From positions 1 to 57,157 of the IMG/VR virus record IMGVR_UViG_3300023106_000012: a stretch of 57,157 nt of DNA; one strand, 5' to 3'. Shown piece by piece: positions 1-7,425 of the stretch. The position numbers were made by a program, and so were the translations under genes. The notes under the pieces were generated by a model. That model was not told the origin of the DNA. It searched no databases and saw only the letters and a program-made list of their open reading frames with translations. This DNA is from a virus. Every line of letters starts with the position of its first letter. Positions within the stretch are counted from its first letter, which is position 1.

Positions 1-127
1 TACAAGCAAGCTTTTCCGCACCTCTTTTCTAAGGTTTTCGTCTGTGATTGTTTCGAGCCAGTCCTCTAATTTTTTAGCTATTACTTTTGCAATTGTTTTG
101 ATTAACATAATTTTATTTTTGTTTGTG
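1..127. repeat. terminal overlap copy 1, identical to 57031..57157 (circular-contig signature)
   Basis: Read directly: tacaagcaagcttttccgca...ttttatttttgtttgtg occurs at both contig ends. Length is exactly 127 nt. Positions 1..108 duplicate the first 36 codons of minus-strand gene 56233..57138. Confidence 0.95.
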
Positions 128-163
128 AATAATTGAGTGTATTTCATGGCATTTTTTTGTTGG

Positions 164-430
164 CTAAAATCTATCAGCAAAATCTAATTGTGATTTTTCA
201 ATTCCTGCTTTTCTATCCTGATTTCTATAAAATTTTATCGCTGCCTTAGCGAGTGCGGTTAATGATTGTATTAAATTTTCACTGGCATTCTTAACTCTTA
301 CAAAAGCGATAACACTGTTATCTACTTTTATGGCGTAACGGTTCCACCCTCTCGGATAGTGAAAATAAGACGGTGATTTATTTTTATGAGCCTGGTAGTA
401 GTTCAGACGCTTTTTACCTTTCTTAGCCAT
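164..430 (-). CDS. hypothetical basic protein (possible DNA-binding)
   Basis: 88 aa from ATG 430 (ORF track gives 164..508). The ATG overlaps the upstream stop as TAATG, the junction style used throughout this genome. K/R-rich N-terminus MAKKGKKRLNYY. Confidence 0.6.
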   Translation of the reverse strand: MAKKGKKRLNYYQAHKNKSPSYFHYPRGWNRYAIKVDNSVIAFVRVKNASENLIQSLTALAKAAIKFYRNQDRKAGIEKSQLDFADRF

Positions 431-858
431 TAGATACTTGTTATATAAATTAATTTTGTAATAAATATTTTCCTGTTTGCTAATCCAATTGGCGTCCTGG
501 GCCACCAATAACTACCGAGCTCTCCAGGCTCATAATATTCTCGGTGTAGGGTCTCGGTTGGCTTTTGGCTCATAAAGTGCTCCAGGAGCCTCCCGTGCTC
601 GTCGGCTGTGATAACACTTTCGTTTAGTAGACGATTAATGTTGTTACATATACCCTCATTGAAAAACTTTCGCTCTTTCATTGAAACGCTCAATATTTTA
701 TAAAGCATGGTGAGCGTTTTAAAATTAGAGCTTTTGAAGTTTTTCCAACGATTGTAAGCGCCATATTGCTCGGCTGTAATATCCGGGTCGCACGGGATTT
801 TATCGATGTAGTCCTCGGCAAGTAGCGCCCGTTGTTTCCAGTACTCTAAATTTTCCAT
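430..858 (-). CDS. hypothetical protein; paralog of the 53676..54017 product
   Basis: 142 aa. Shares the block GICNxxxRL ... YYWP/YWWP ... RIxFIxKL with 53676..54017. First gene after promoter 1006..1053. Starts ATGGAAAAT. Confidence 0.75.
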   Translation of the reverse strand: MENLEYWKQRALLAEDYIDKIPCDPDITAEQYGAYNRWKNFKSSNFKTLTMLYKILSVSMKERKFFNEGICNNINRLLNESVITADEHGRLLEHFMSQKPTETLHREYYEPGELGSYWWPRTPIGLANRKIFITKLIYITSI

Positions 859-1005
859 ATCAAAAAAAGGTATAGGGTTATTATAAAAAACATTACCGAT
901 AATAGGATAATTATTTTTTCACGGTGCCTCAATACATAGAGGCGAGCCCGTCGCTTAAAATTGTTTAAACGCATTTTTCACTTTTTAAATTAATGTTCCA
1001 TAAAT

Positions 1006-1053
1006 CAAAAGTAATATAATTATATTACATAGCAAAATATATTTATAATATTT
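1006..1053 (-). promoter_or_regulatory. conserved early-type Bacteroidota promoter (family member D)
   Basis: Minus strand: ATTATAAATATATTTTG-N19-TACTTTTG. The spacer holds a perfect 18-bp palindrome, GTAATATAATTATATTAC (1011..1028). Confidence 0.7.
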
Positions 1054-1081
1054 ATGCTAACGACATTAATGTCGTGAGCAT
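1054..1081. promoter_or_regulatory. 28-bp near-perfect palindrome between terminator and promoter D (operator or RNA stem)
   Basis: ATGCTaACGACATTAATGTCGTgAGCAT, with 13 of 14 arm positions pairing. Confidence 0.5.
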
Positions 1082-1110
1082 AAAAAAAGCCCGGCTTATT
1101 TGCCGGGCTT
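1081..1110 (-). terminator. intrinsic terminator
   Basis: AAGCCCGGC-aaataa-GCCGGGCTT followed by a T7 run on the minus strand. Confidence 0.75.
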
Positions 1111-1335
1111 ATATTTTTTGTCGAGCTCTTTGATTAGCCGTTTGTTTTCCGAAAGCAATATTTTAATGGTTTCGTTTTTATCTTTCAAAACCGCATTAAA
1201 ACGCTCTTTCATAAATCGGTGCTCGGTTGTCGGTTGCGGGCAAGTGCAATCTCTTATGTCATCGGTGTGCATAACGTCAATACATCCCGGTATAAGATAT
1301 TTTTCACCGTCGAGATATGTAAAATAACACCTCAT
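1096..1335 (-). CDS. hypothetical protein (Cys/His cluster plus K/E-rich helix)
   Basis: 79 aa. Contains PGCIDVMHTDDIRDCTCP. The stop codon lies in the loop of the terminator hairpin. Confidence 0.7.
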   Translation of the reverse strand: MRCYFTYLDGEKYLIPGCIDVMHTDDIRDCTCPQPTTEHRFMKERFNAVLKDKNETIKILLSENKRLIKELDKKYKPGK

Positions 1336-1523
1336 TAAAATTCGCCTGGGAACTTTTTAGCGAGCAACTTACGCGGGGCAATCAGCTCTTTGCTATCCTG
1401 ATTATAATCAACCTGGTCTTTAGGAAACCAATGAGGCTCACCTTTAAAAGTTAAAAGAAAGTTTTCTTTTGATTGCCTTATATAATCGGCCGTTAAAGTT
1501 ACTGGGTCTTTAATTTCCATCAA
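1335..1523 (-). CDS. hypothetical protein
   Basis: 62 aa ORF, overlapping both neighbours in operon fashion. Confidence 0.6.
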   Translation of the reverse strand: MMEIKDPVTLTADYIRQSKENFLLTFKGEPHWFPKDQVDYNQDSKELIAPRKLLAKKFPGEF

Positions 1524-2271
1524 AAAGTTGTTTTTGGTAGTTTAACAATATACGCTTTGTGCCGGCGGGAAAGTCTTTGGATAAAACCCAATTAAAAAAA
1601 CCCAGGTCAGATAATACGGGTTGGTTAATATGAGGCCCAAAAGCCCAAACTAATTGCCCCGCGTCGTTTAGGGTCAGCTTTCCGGCATAGTCAACCCGGC
1701 GCGGGTCGTCCTCGCCCTGGAGGAGGTCGTGTAATTGCTCAACCGTAACCCCGTCTTTATAATAACGGGCGAGTATCTCAACAAGCACCTCGAGCGTTGC
1801 CTTTGTATCAGTGAGCGCGCCGTGCGCTCCCTCAAGTGGTTTGCCAAAATAACGCTCGTATACGGCTGCCAAGCTATTACTATTATGCAAACTTTGCAGC
1901 TTATACACGTCTAAGATTTTGCTTTCTTTAGGCGGCCAGTCTATGCCCACGCGGGCAAACTCCTCCGACAATACCGGTATATCATATTTATCGATATTGT
2001 AACCGGCCAAGTCGCAACCCTCAAGAGTAACAATAAGGCTTTTGGCTATCTCTTTAAATTTAGGTTGCCCGGCGACCATGTGGTCAGTAATGCCGTGTAT
2101 TGCGGTGGCCTCCGGTGGTATGGGCTCACCAGGGTTAACTAAGCGGCGCTTTTCTTCTGTAGTACCATCCATTTTTATTATGACAAGTCCTATCTCTATA
2201 ATTCGGGCTTTCGTGGTTTCTTTACCTGTAGTTTCCAGGTCAAAGAAAGCGAGAGGTCTACTTACTTGCAT
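1510..2271 (-). CDS. DnaQ-like DEDDh 3'-5' exonuclease
   Basis: 253 aa. ExoI FFDLETTG, ExoII GYNIDKYDIPVL, ExoIII HGALTDTKA (H-x4-D). Carries an extra C-terminal domain of about 80 aa. Confidence 0.85.
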   Translation of the reverse strand: MQVSRPLAFFDLETTGKETTKARIIEIGLVIIKMDGTTEEKRRLVNPGEPIPPEATAIHGITDHMVAGQPKFKEIAKSLIVTLEGCDLAGYNIDKYDIPVLSEEFARVGIDWPPKESKILDVYKLQSLHNSNSLAAVYERYFGKPLEGAHGALTDTKATLEVLVEILARYYKDGVTVEQLHDLLQGEDDPRRVDYAGKLTLNDAGQLVWAFGPHINQPVLSDLGFFNWVLSKDFPAGTKRILLNYQKQLFDGN

Positions 2272-2551
2272 CGGCTTTTTGTTTAGCTTCTCTAATCCGT
2301 TCGTTAACCATTTCCTGAAAATTACGAGTTACAGACATTTTTATCGGGTCTCTTAAATCCTCAAAAATATCTATCTCGACACTATTAAAAAATCGGTTAA
2401 AATAAACAATCCAGGCCATAGCCATTAAGACCCCGCCGGCACCCCATGCCCAACCAGGATAACCAAGTCGGTCAATAAATAATATCACGGCCATAGTAAA
2501 CCACCAGGGCGCTCCAGGCTTTTCGTTTTTGATGTAAATTCTTTTTTTCAT
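2258..2551 (-). CDS. small membrane protein
   Basis: 97 aa with two hydrophobic helices (WWFTMAVILFI; GAGGVLMAMAWIVYF). Confidence 0.7.
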   Translation of the reverse strand: MKKRIYIKNEKPGAPWWFTMAVILFIDRLGYPGWAWGAGGVLMAMAWIVYFNRFFNSVEIDIFEDLRDPIKMSVTRNFQEMVNERIREAKQKADASK

Positions 2552-2555
2552 AATT

Positions 2556-2819
2556 CTAATTTAAGTGATTATTTACTTTTAAATATGTGTTGTGTATGCC
2601 GTTCTTTAGCTTTATAATCTTATCCTTATCGGTAAGAGTAAATTTAGCAATGTGATATTTTGAGTTGAAACTTGCCGAGCCGGTTGAAGTTATCTCAACC
2701 CAATATATTGAGTTTATAATCTCAAATATATCCTCGGCCACGTCGTGCGTCATTTTAATAGTTACCTCGCAACTATTTTCGCCCTCAACTTCTTTTAAAT
2801 TAAATTTAACGGTTGCCAT
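2556..2819 (-). CDS. hypothetical protein
   Basis: 87 aa ORF with no recognisable motif. Confidence 0.6.
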   Translation of the reverse strand: MATVKFNLKEVEGENSCEVTIKMTHDVAEDIFEIINSIYWVEITSTGSASFNSKYHIAKFTLTDKDKIIKLKNGIHNTYLKVNNHLN

Positions 2820-3613
2820 TAAAATAAGGTATTTTCAAGAGTTCTTAATCTTTCGTCAATTATAGGCTTGTACTCCTCGGATATTTCACTTGCAACCCAA
2901 CGCCTATTTAAAACCTGGGCAACCTTTGGAGTAGTTCCGCTCCCGGCAAAAGGGTCATAAACTAAATCACCCTCATTACTCCAGGAAAGCAAATGGTCTC
3001 TCACGAGCTTCTCCGGGAAAATTGCCGGATGTTTAAACGCAATAGCGTCTTTTGTTGAGTGATTTTTACCAACTGCATAGCGCCAAATATTGCCTTTAAT
3101 TTTTGTTGATTGTACTGGTTTACGCTTTTTGCCGCTGTAAGCTTTTCGGTTTATCTCGTCGGTCTCGGAGTATTTACCGGTTCGATTAGTTTCCGGGAAA
3201 CGACATGGTACCATTATAGGGTTAAATGTATTGGGCTTTCCTTTACTGAAAACAAACATATACTCAAATTCTTGCTCATATCTGTTATGGTTCATAGTAA
3301 GCCCAACCTTTTCGTAAATCATTGTATCATGTAAATTAAATCCCAGGCTTTTAAAATATAGCGCCTGGAGAAAACTTGTACCGCTTTCGGTTCCGTCCTT
3401 TGTTTGGTCTGAAACAACCCAAACAATTACCCCCCCCCATTTGGTTACACGCCATAAGCCTCTTGCTATGGCCTCAAAATCGAAGCTGTAGCCATTATAT
3501 ACCCTTAGCCCATCATACGGCGGCGAGGTAACCGTTAAATCGATTACCTCGTCCTCCATACGCTCCATAGTTAAGGCGGCATTTTCATAATATACTTTTT
3601 TTAGCTCTATCAT
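2819..3613 (-). CDS. beta-class DNA amino-methyltransferase (N4-cytosine or N6-adenine)
   Basis: 264 aa. Motif IV TSPPY lies near the N-terminus and the SAM motif DPFAGSGTT near the C-terminus (beta-class order). SPPY favours N4-cytosine. Contains a G9 tract. Confidence 0.85.
   Translation of the reverse strand: MIELKKVYYENAALTMERMEDEVIDLTVTSPPYDGLRVYNGYSFDFEAIARGLWRVTKWGGVIVWVVSDQTKDGTESGTSFLQALYFKSLGFNLHDTMIYEKVGLTMNHNRYEQEFEYMFVFSKGKPNTFNPIMVPCRFPETNRTGKYSETDEINRKAYSGKKRKPVQSTKIKGNIWRYAVGKNHSTKDAIAFKHPAIFPEKLVRDHLLSWSNEGDLVYDPFAGSGTTPKVAQVLNRRWVASEISEEYKPIIDERLRTLENTLF
3430..3438. repeat. C9/G9 homopolymer inside the methyltransferase gene
   Basis: attaCCCCCCCCCat on the plus strand, which is TGG GGG GGG GTA (W-G-G-V) in the gene. 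The longest other G/C runs I noticed while reading are 6 nt. Confidence 0.9.
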
Positions 3614-4959
3614 TATTTTTCAGTATACTCATGTATGATAAGCTCGTCTTGGCCGCGGTGTACCTCCTCAATAAAGCCCTGGTAACCGGATTTATTTGCA
3701 AAGTCAACAATGGCCTGGAGACGTTTTTTGCCCAGGCTCTCGCCTTGTGCGATACGGAAAACTTTAACGGTTGGGTTTTTAGCGATAATAAGCTTGGCAG
3801 CAACCTCCATTTCCTGCGAGGTGCTTATCTCTCCAGTACGGAACGGCACCGCGTTAAGGGTAAGGCCGTCGTCGTCAAAGTCAAGGCCGTCGATAGGGAG
3901 CTTAGCGTCTTTAATTACCTTTTTACGGTCTGCAAGCAATTTATTTATACTGGCTTCCTGTTTAGCTTTTTTCTTTTTTAAAGTTTCGAGCTTTTTAATG
4001 TTTTGCTCGAGCTCTTTAACTTTGGTATGCTTTTTATTATGCTCCTCAACATCGTCAATATCTTTTTGAAGCGCAACAAGGTCTTGCTCGGGATTAGCAA
4101 GCAACCAGGCGGCGGCCTCTTGCTTTTGTGTCTCGGCCTTTTCCTTTTCTATGGCACGATTATCGACATAATTTTTTTTCTCTTTTATTTTAGCCTCGAG
4201 CTCGGCCTCGAGCTCGGCAATATCGGCGTCATACTCGTCAACAACTTCTTTTGTTGTGTCGTCCCAACTTTCGAGCTCTTTTATACGGTCGTTTTGTCTA
4301 CTTATAACACCGGTGCGTTGCTCGTTTGTAGTGGCCGCGGTTACTTTTTTATCAATTGCCTCTTGAGCAATAACCGCTTTGGCATAGGTTTTTTTATCCT
4401 TTTCGTTAACCCCTGGCTTGTCAACTAACCCCTGATAAGTTTTTATATCTTGGTTAACTGGCTCTCTTTCCTTTTTTGTGGTTTCGACTTCGGTATCTAT
4501 TTCGGCAATACGCTCCTGTATTTCCTTTGGGAGCAAACTTTTTACAACGGCCACTTGCTTACGGCGCCCCTCGGCCGTATCGCTCCATTTAACAAACTCG
4601 TTGGCATCGAAATCCTGATATTTAAAAATATCCTGTAAAGCGCTAATCTTGTCGCTTTTCATTGGGCTACCAACTTTTTGTATTTGCAGGGTGCCGCGCG
4701 GGTTTTTATCGCTGAAAGTAAGCGATACCTCATATTGCTCCTCTCCCTCGCCAACGGTTATTTTGGCAAAACCTTTCTCCTCACCCTCCTTTAGCAAATT
4801 GCTCGAGCGCTCGCCGGTAAGTAGAGTACCAATAATATTTAATATTGTACTCTTTCCGATTTCATTCTCACCGGTAACCAGGTAAACGCCTCCCTGAAAA
4901 TCTTGCTCAAAATCTTTTATAGTTTTGAGGTTACTTACTGTAATTTTTTTAATGTGCAT
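3613..4959 (-). CDS. SMC/Rad50/RecF-like ABC ATPase with central coiled coil
   Basis: Walker A GENEIGKST. E/K-rich coiled coil of about 250 aa. C-terminal signature-like ISTSQEMEV and a Walker-B-like VKVFRIAQGES. ATG 4959 (MHIKKITVSNLK) is preferred over the ORF-track start 4995. Confidence 0.75.
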   Translation of the reverse strand: MHIKKITVSNLKTIKDFEQDFQGGVYLVTGENEIGKSTILNIIGTLLTGERSSNLLKEGEEKGFAKITVGEGEEQYEVSLTFSDKNPRGTLQIQKVGSPMKSDKISALQDIFKYQDFDANEFVKWSDTAEGRRKQVAVVKSLLPKEIQERIAEIDTEVETTKKEREPVNQDIKTYQGLVDKPGVNEKDKKTYAKAVIAQEAIDKKVTAATTNEQRTGVISRQNDRIKELESWDDTTKEVVDEYDADIAELEAELEAKIKEKKNYVDNRAIEKEKAETQKQEAAAWLLANPEQDLVALQKDIDDVEEHNKKHTKVKELEQNIKKLETLKKKKAKQEASINKLLADRKKVIKDAKLPIDGLDFDDDGLTLNAVPFRTGEISTSQEMEVAAKLIIAKNPTVKVFRIAQGESLGKKRLQAIVDFANKSGYQGFIEEVHRGQDELIIHEYTEK

Positions 4960-4976
4960 AGTAAAAATTATTAATG

Positions 4977-5234
4977 TTAAAAATTTATATTCCAATCAGG
5001 TCTTTTTATTCTCGAAAGAGCAAGCTCATGTAATTCTTGAAAACCTTGTAATTTCTTATAATCATAAGCCGTAAAAACATCTGCAAAGTGTACACCTCTT
5101 ATGTCGTCCAATTTCCTAATATGTAAACAAAGATAATTTCGAGCCTCAACGAGTTCTTTCATTTGCTCGAACGCTTTTACACTACTTGCTAAAATGGCAA
5201 TATTACCGACATATATTATTTTTTTGGTTTTCAT
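4977..5234 (-). CDS. hypothetical protein
   Basis: 85 aa ORF, ATGA-coupled to the upstream gene. Confidence 0.6.
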   Translation of the reverse strand: MKTKKIIYVGNIAILASSVKAFEQMKELVEARNYLCLHIRKLDDIRGVHFADVFTAYDYKKLQGFQELHELALSRIKRPDWNINF

Positions 5235-5530
5235 TTTCTGAAAAATTGAACAATTAAGTTGTCTCTTGTAATAATGGTGAGGTTTTGCTCTTTAGTTGAT
5301 AGGGCACGATTAAAGTGCTCTGTCTTAGTGGCGCCAGGGTCGAGCTCTGTATGTTTTTCAATAATGGCCATGTACTTTCCGGCGCTCACTAAATGAGTGC
5401 CTTTAAGCGCCTTTATACCACCGTGGTCTTTTAGTTTCCACTTGATAATAAAATTCATGTTTATTGCAGCTCTCTCCGGGTCGTCTGATTTCTTAGGCCT
5501 CGGTAATCGAGATAAGGTTGTATTTTCCAC
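5231..5530 (-). CDS. hypothetical protein (first gene of an early operon)
   Basis: 99 aa. GTG start within ATCGTGGAAAAT, 35 nt downstream of the -7 box at 5565..5572. Confidence 0.65.
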   Translation of the reverse strand: MENTTLSRLPRPKKSDDPERAAINMNFIIKWKLKDHGGIKALKGTHLVSAGKYMAIIEKHTELDPGATKTEHFNRALSTKEQNLTIITRDNLIVQFFRK

Positions 5531-5564
5531 GATACAAGTCTTTTCGTTTGTTAATCATGAGAGA

Positions 5565-5610
5565 CAAATATAATAATTATATTATACCAAACAAACATTT
5601 TATATTATAA
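5565..5610 (-). promoter_or_regulatory. conserved early-type promoter (member A)
   Basis: Minus strand: ATAATATAAAATGTTTG-N19-TATATTTG. -7 box at 5565..5572 and -33 TTTG at 5592..5595. The spacer carries TATAATATAATTAT. Confidence 0.75.
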
Positions 5611-5612
5611 AA

Positions 5613-5637
5613 TAAAAAAGCCTCACATTTGAGGCTT
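5613..5637 (-). terminator. intrinsic terminator
   Basis: AGCCTCA-aatg-TGAGGCT followed by a T6 run, after the SSB gene. Confidence 0.75.
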
Positions 5638-5641
5638 TTAA

Positions 5642-6064
5642 TTAAAAAGGTAAATCGTCGTGCTCCTCCTCTTTTGGTGGAGTATTTTGTTGCGGTTGAT
5701 TTTGTCGCTGTTGGTAGTCGTCAACGGCGCTCCCGGTGCCTTGGTAGTTTTGTTGCGGTGGAGGCGCTTGGTAGCCGTATTGAGGCGGGCCAATACGGTC
5801 TATTTTCCACCCCTGTATACTATTAAAATATTTTAGCTCTCCTTGAGGGTTTACCCACTCTCGGCCACGCAAATTAATTGATATTTTAACAGCCTCACCA
5901 ATGCCAAAGCTATTAAGCAAATCACATTTATCTTGAGTAAACTCAACAAGTATATGTTGAGGATATTGCTCGTCGGTAGTAATTACCAACTCTCTTTTCC
6001 GAAAACCATTAGCTCCAAAGGCCTTAGTTTCGTCAATCCATTTTATCCGTCCTGGTATCTCCAT
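5642..6064 (-). CDS. OB-fold single-stranded DNA-binding protein (DUF3127-like) with SSB-type acidic tail
   Basis: 140 aa. The N-terminal ~95 aa resemble Bacteroidota DUF3127. This is followed by a G/Q/P-rich linker and a C-terminal EEEHDDLPF (compare the bacterial SSB tip DDDIPF). Confidence 0.65.
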   Translation of the reverse strand: MEIPGRIKWIDETKAFGANGFRKRELVITTDEQYPQHILVEFTQDKCDLLNSFGIGEAVKISINLRGREWVNPQGELKYFNSIQGWKIDRIGPPQYGYQAPPPQQNYQGTGSAVDDYQQRQNQPQQNTPPKEEEHDDLPF

Positions 6065-6272
6065 TAATTTCGGTTGTTTTATAATTATGAAATCCCTGTT
6101 GAAAAATATTGTTAGTCCATCCGTTTTTAAAGGCTTTTATATTTTTTGCCTCGTCATACCTCATTGGTGTAACAATTACTCTCTCGCATTTAATAGAAAC
6201 AACATCTACAATTGTCTCCGGTGGTGGACCGGTCCAAACCGGCTCATTACTTTTTTTCTTTTGTACCGCCAT
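6033..6272 (-). CDS. hypothetical protein (uncertain)
   Basis: 79 aa from the internal ATG of ORF-track 6033..6410. It overlaps both neighbours by 26-32 nt. Confidence 0.3.
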   Translation of the reverse strand: MAVQKKKSNEPVWTGPPPETIVDVVSIKCERVIVTPMRYDEAKNIKAFKNGWTNNIFQQGFHNYKTTEINGDTRTDKMD

Positions 6273-6705
6273 GAATTTTACTAAGCTGAAATTTAATTGA
6301 CAATTCGGGATTATTCTCGAGCTCGGTGTTGCAGCTGCAACATGCCGGGAGCCAATAATCTTTATCCAAATATAAAGTAATTCCGGCGGCTCTTTTATTT
6401 TCGTCGGCATAACCTTTGCGTCCCATAGTATGCTCGATTGTAGTAGCCTTTACCGTGCAATTTGTTCCCTTAATACGACAAAGTTTATTTTCAGGTTTGG
6501 CCAGGTAAACCAAACGGTCAACATCATATTGCATTTTTTCTATCGTTCTTTTTTCGCCCATTGGCTCGATAGGATTAAAAACTTTTGATATTGATATATT
6601 TTTATATTCGGCGTAACATTTAGGTGAGCAACATATATCAGTTGTACGATACATTTTAAAAGGAATGCCGCAATTTTTACAATCTTTATGTGTCTTTTGT
6701 GCCAT
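6247..6705 (-). CDS. NinG/Rap-like HNH structure-specific endonuclease
   Basis: 152 aa. N-terminal zinc ribbon CKNCGIPF...CCSPKCYAEY and C-terminal HNH-like IEHTMGRKGY...CCSCNTELENN. Confidence 0.6.
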   Translation of the reverse strand: MAQKTHKDCKNCGIPFKMYRTTDICCSPKCYAEYKNISISKVFNPIEPMGEKRTIEKMQYDVDRLVYLAKPENKLCRIKGTNCTVKATTIEHTMGRKGYADENKRAAGITLYLDKDYWLPACCSCNTELENNPELSIKFQLSKIHGGTKEKK

Positions 6706-6734
6706 AAAATAAAACAGGGCCGGAGCCCTGTAAA

Positions 6735-7409
6735 TTATTCAGTTTGTTGCTCCTCCTCTTTATTCTCGCCTTGCTCTTGCTCTGCCTTTTCGGCCTCGTC
6801 AACAAGATTAAGTTGATTTTTAGGCTCCTTTGGGGCTTTTTTGCCTTTCTTACCTTTTTTACGGTCAAGCTCCTCTTGCTCCTCGATAGTATACTGTTTT
6901 CTCTTATTTTGGAAAATAAAACCGAATGCCTCGCCTTTAATGTCGTCAACAAGTTTCTCAACGGTTTTTTCAATCATCATCGCATCGCTGTTAAACCTTA
7001 CAACCGGGATATTGTAACTCATGTCCCCGTTTAAGCATTTAAGCGAGCCGGCTATTTTAACGCCCTCGGTGTCCTCCTTGCCTTTCATTAGGATAGTAAC
7101 AACCTTAACCGAGTTATCTGCATACGTGGCGCCCTGTACCGCCCCCTTTAAGGCATCAAAATCGCTTTTTAAGCCCTCTCTTGCAAAATCCCAACCGGTT
7201 TGCAGGGTGAGTATACGAGCAACATGCGGTTTTAAAGCCTCCATTGCTTTCAATAAATCCGGGTGAGGAGCCTCAATACTTTCGTGGGTGTGGCCGTCTT
7301 TCTGCCCGCCTCTCTCCTGGTACTTTATTACAAGCTTGCCTTGTTTCTCATTGTAGGTAAGCTTTTGAAAAATAAAGTCCTCATAATTTAATCGTCTTGT
7401 CTCAATCAT
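6735..7409 (-). CDS. hypothetical protein with K/E-rich C-terminal tail
   Basis: 224 aa. The nested ORF 6686..6973 is treated as spurious. Confidence 0.75.
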   Translation of the reverse strand: MIETRRLNYEDFIFQKLTYNEKQGKLVIKYQERGGQKDGHTHESIEAPHPDLLKAMEALKPHVARILTLQTGWDFAREGLKSDFDALKGAVQGATYADNSVKVVTILMKGKEDTEGVKIAGSLKCLNGDMSYNIPVVRFNSDAMMIEKTVEKLVDDIKGEAFGFIFQNKRKQYTIEEQEELDRKKGKKGKKAPKEPKNQLNLVDEAEKAEQEQGENKEEEQQTE

Positions 7410-7425
7410 TTTATAAAAATTAAAA

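Noticed and set aside
1-127. The 127-nt identical ends as genuine physical direct terminal repeats of the virion DNA.
   Set aside because: The repeat interrupts an open reading frame. Its length of 127 nt equals a commonly used maximum assembler k-mer. It therefore most likely marks a circular or circularly permuted assembly rather than packaging termini. Read-start analysis would be needed to say more.
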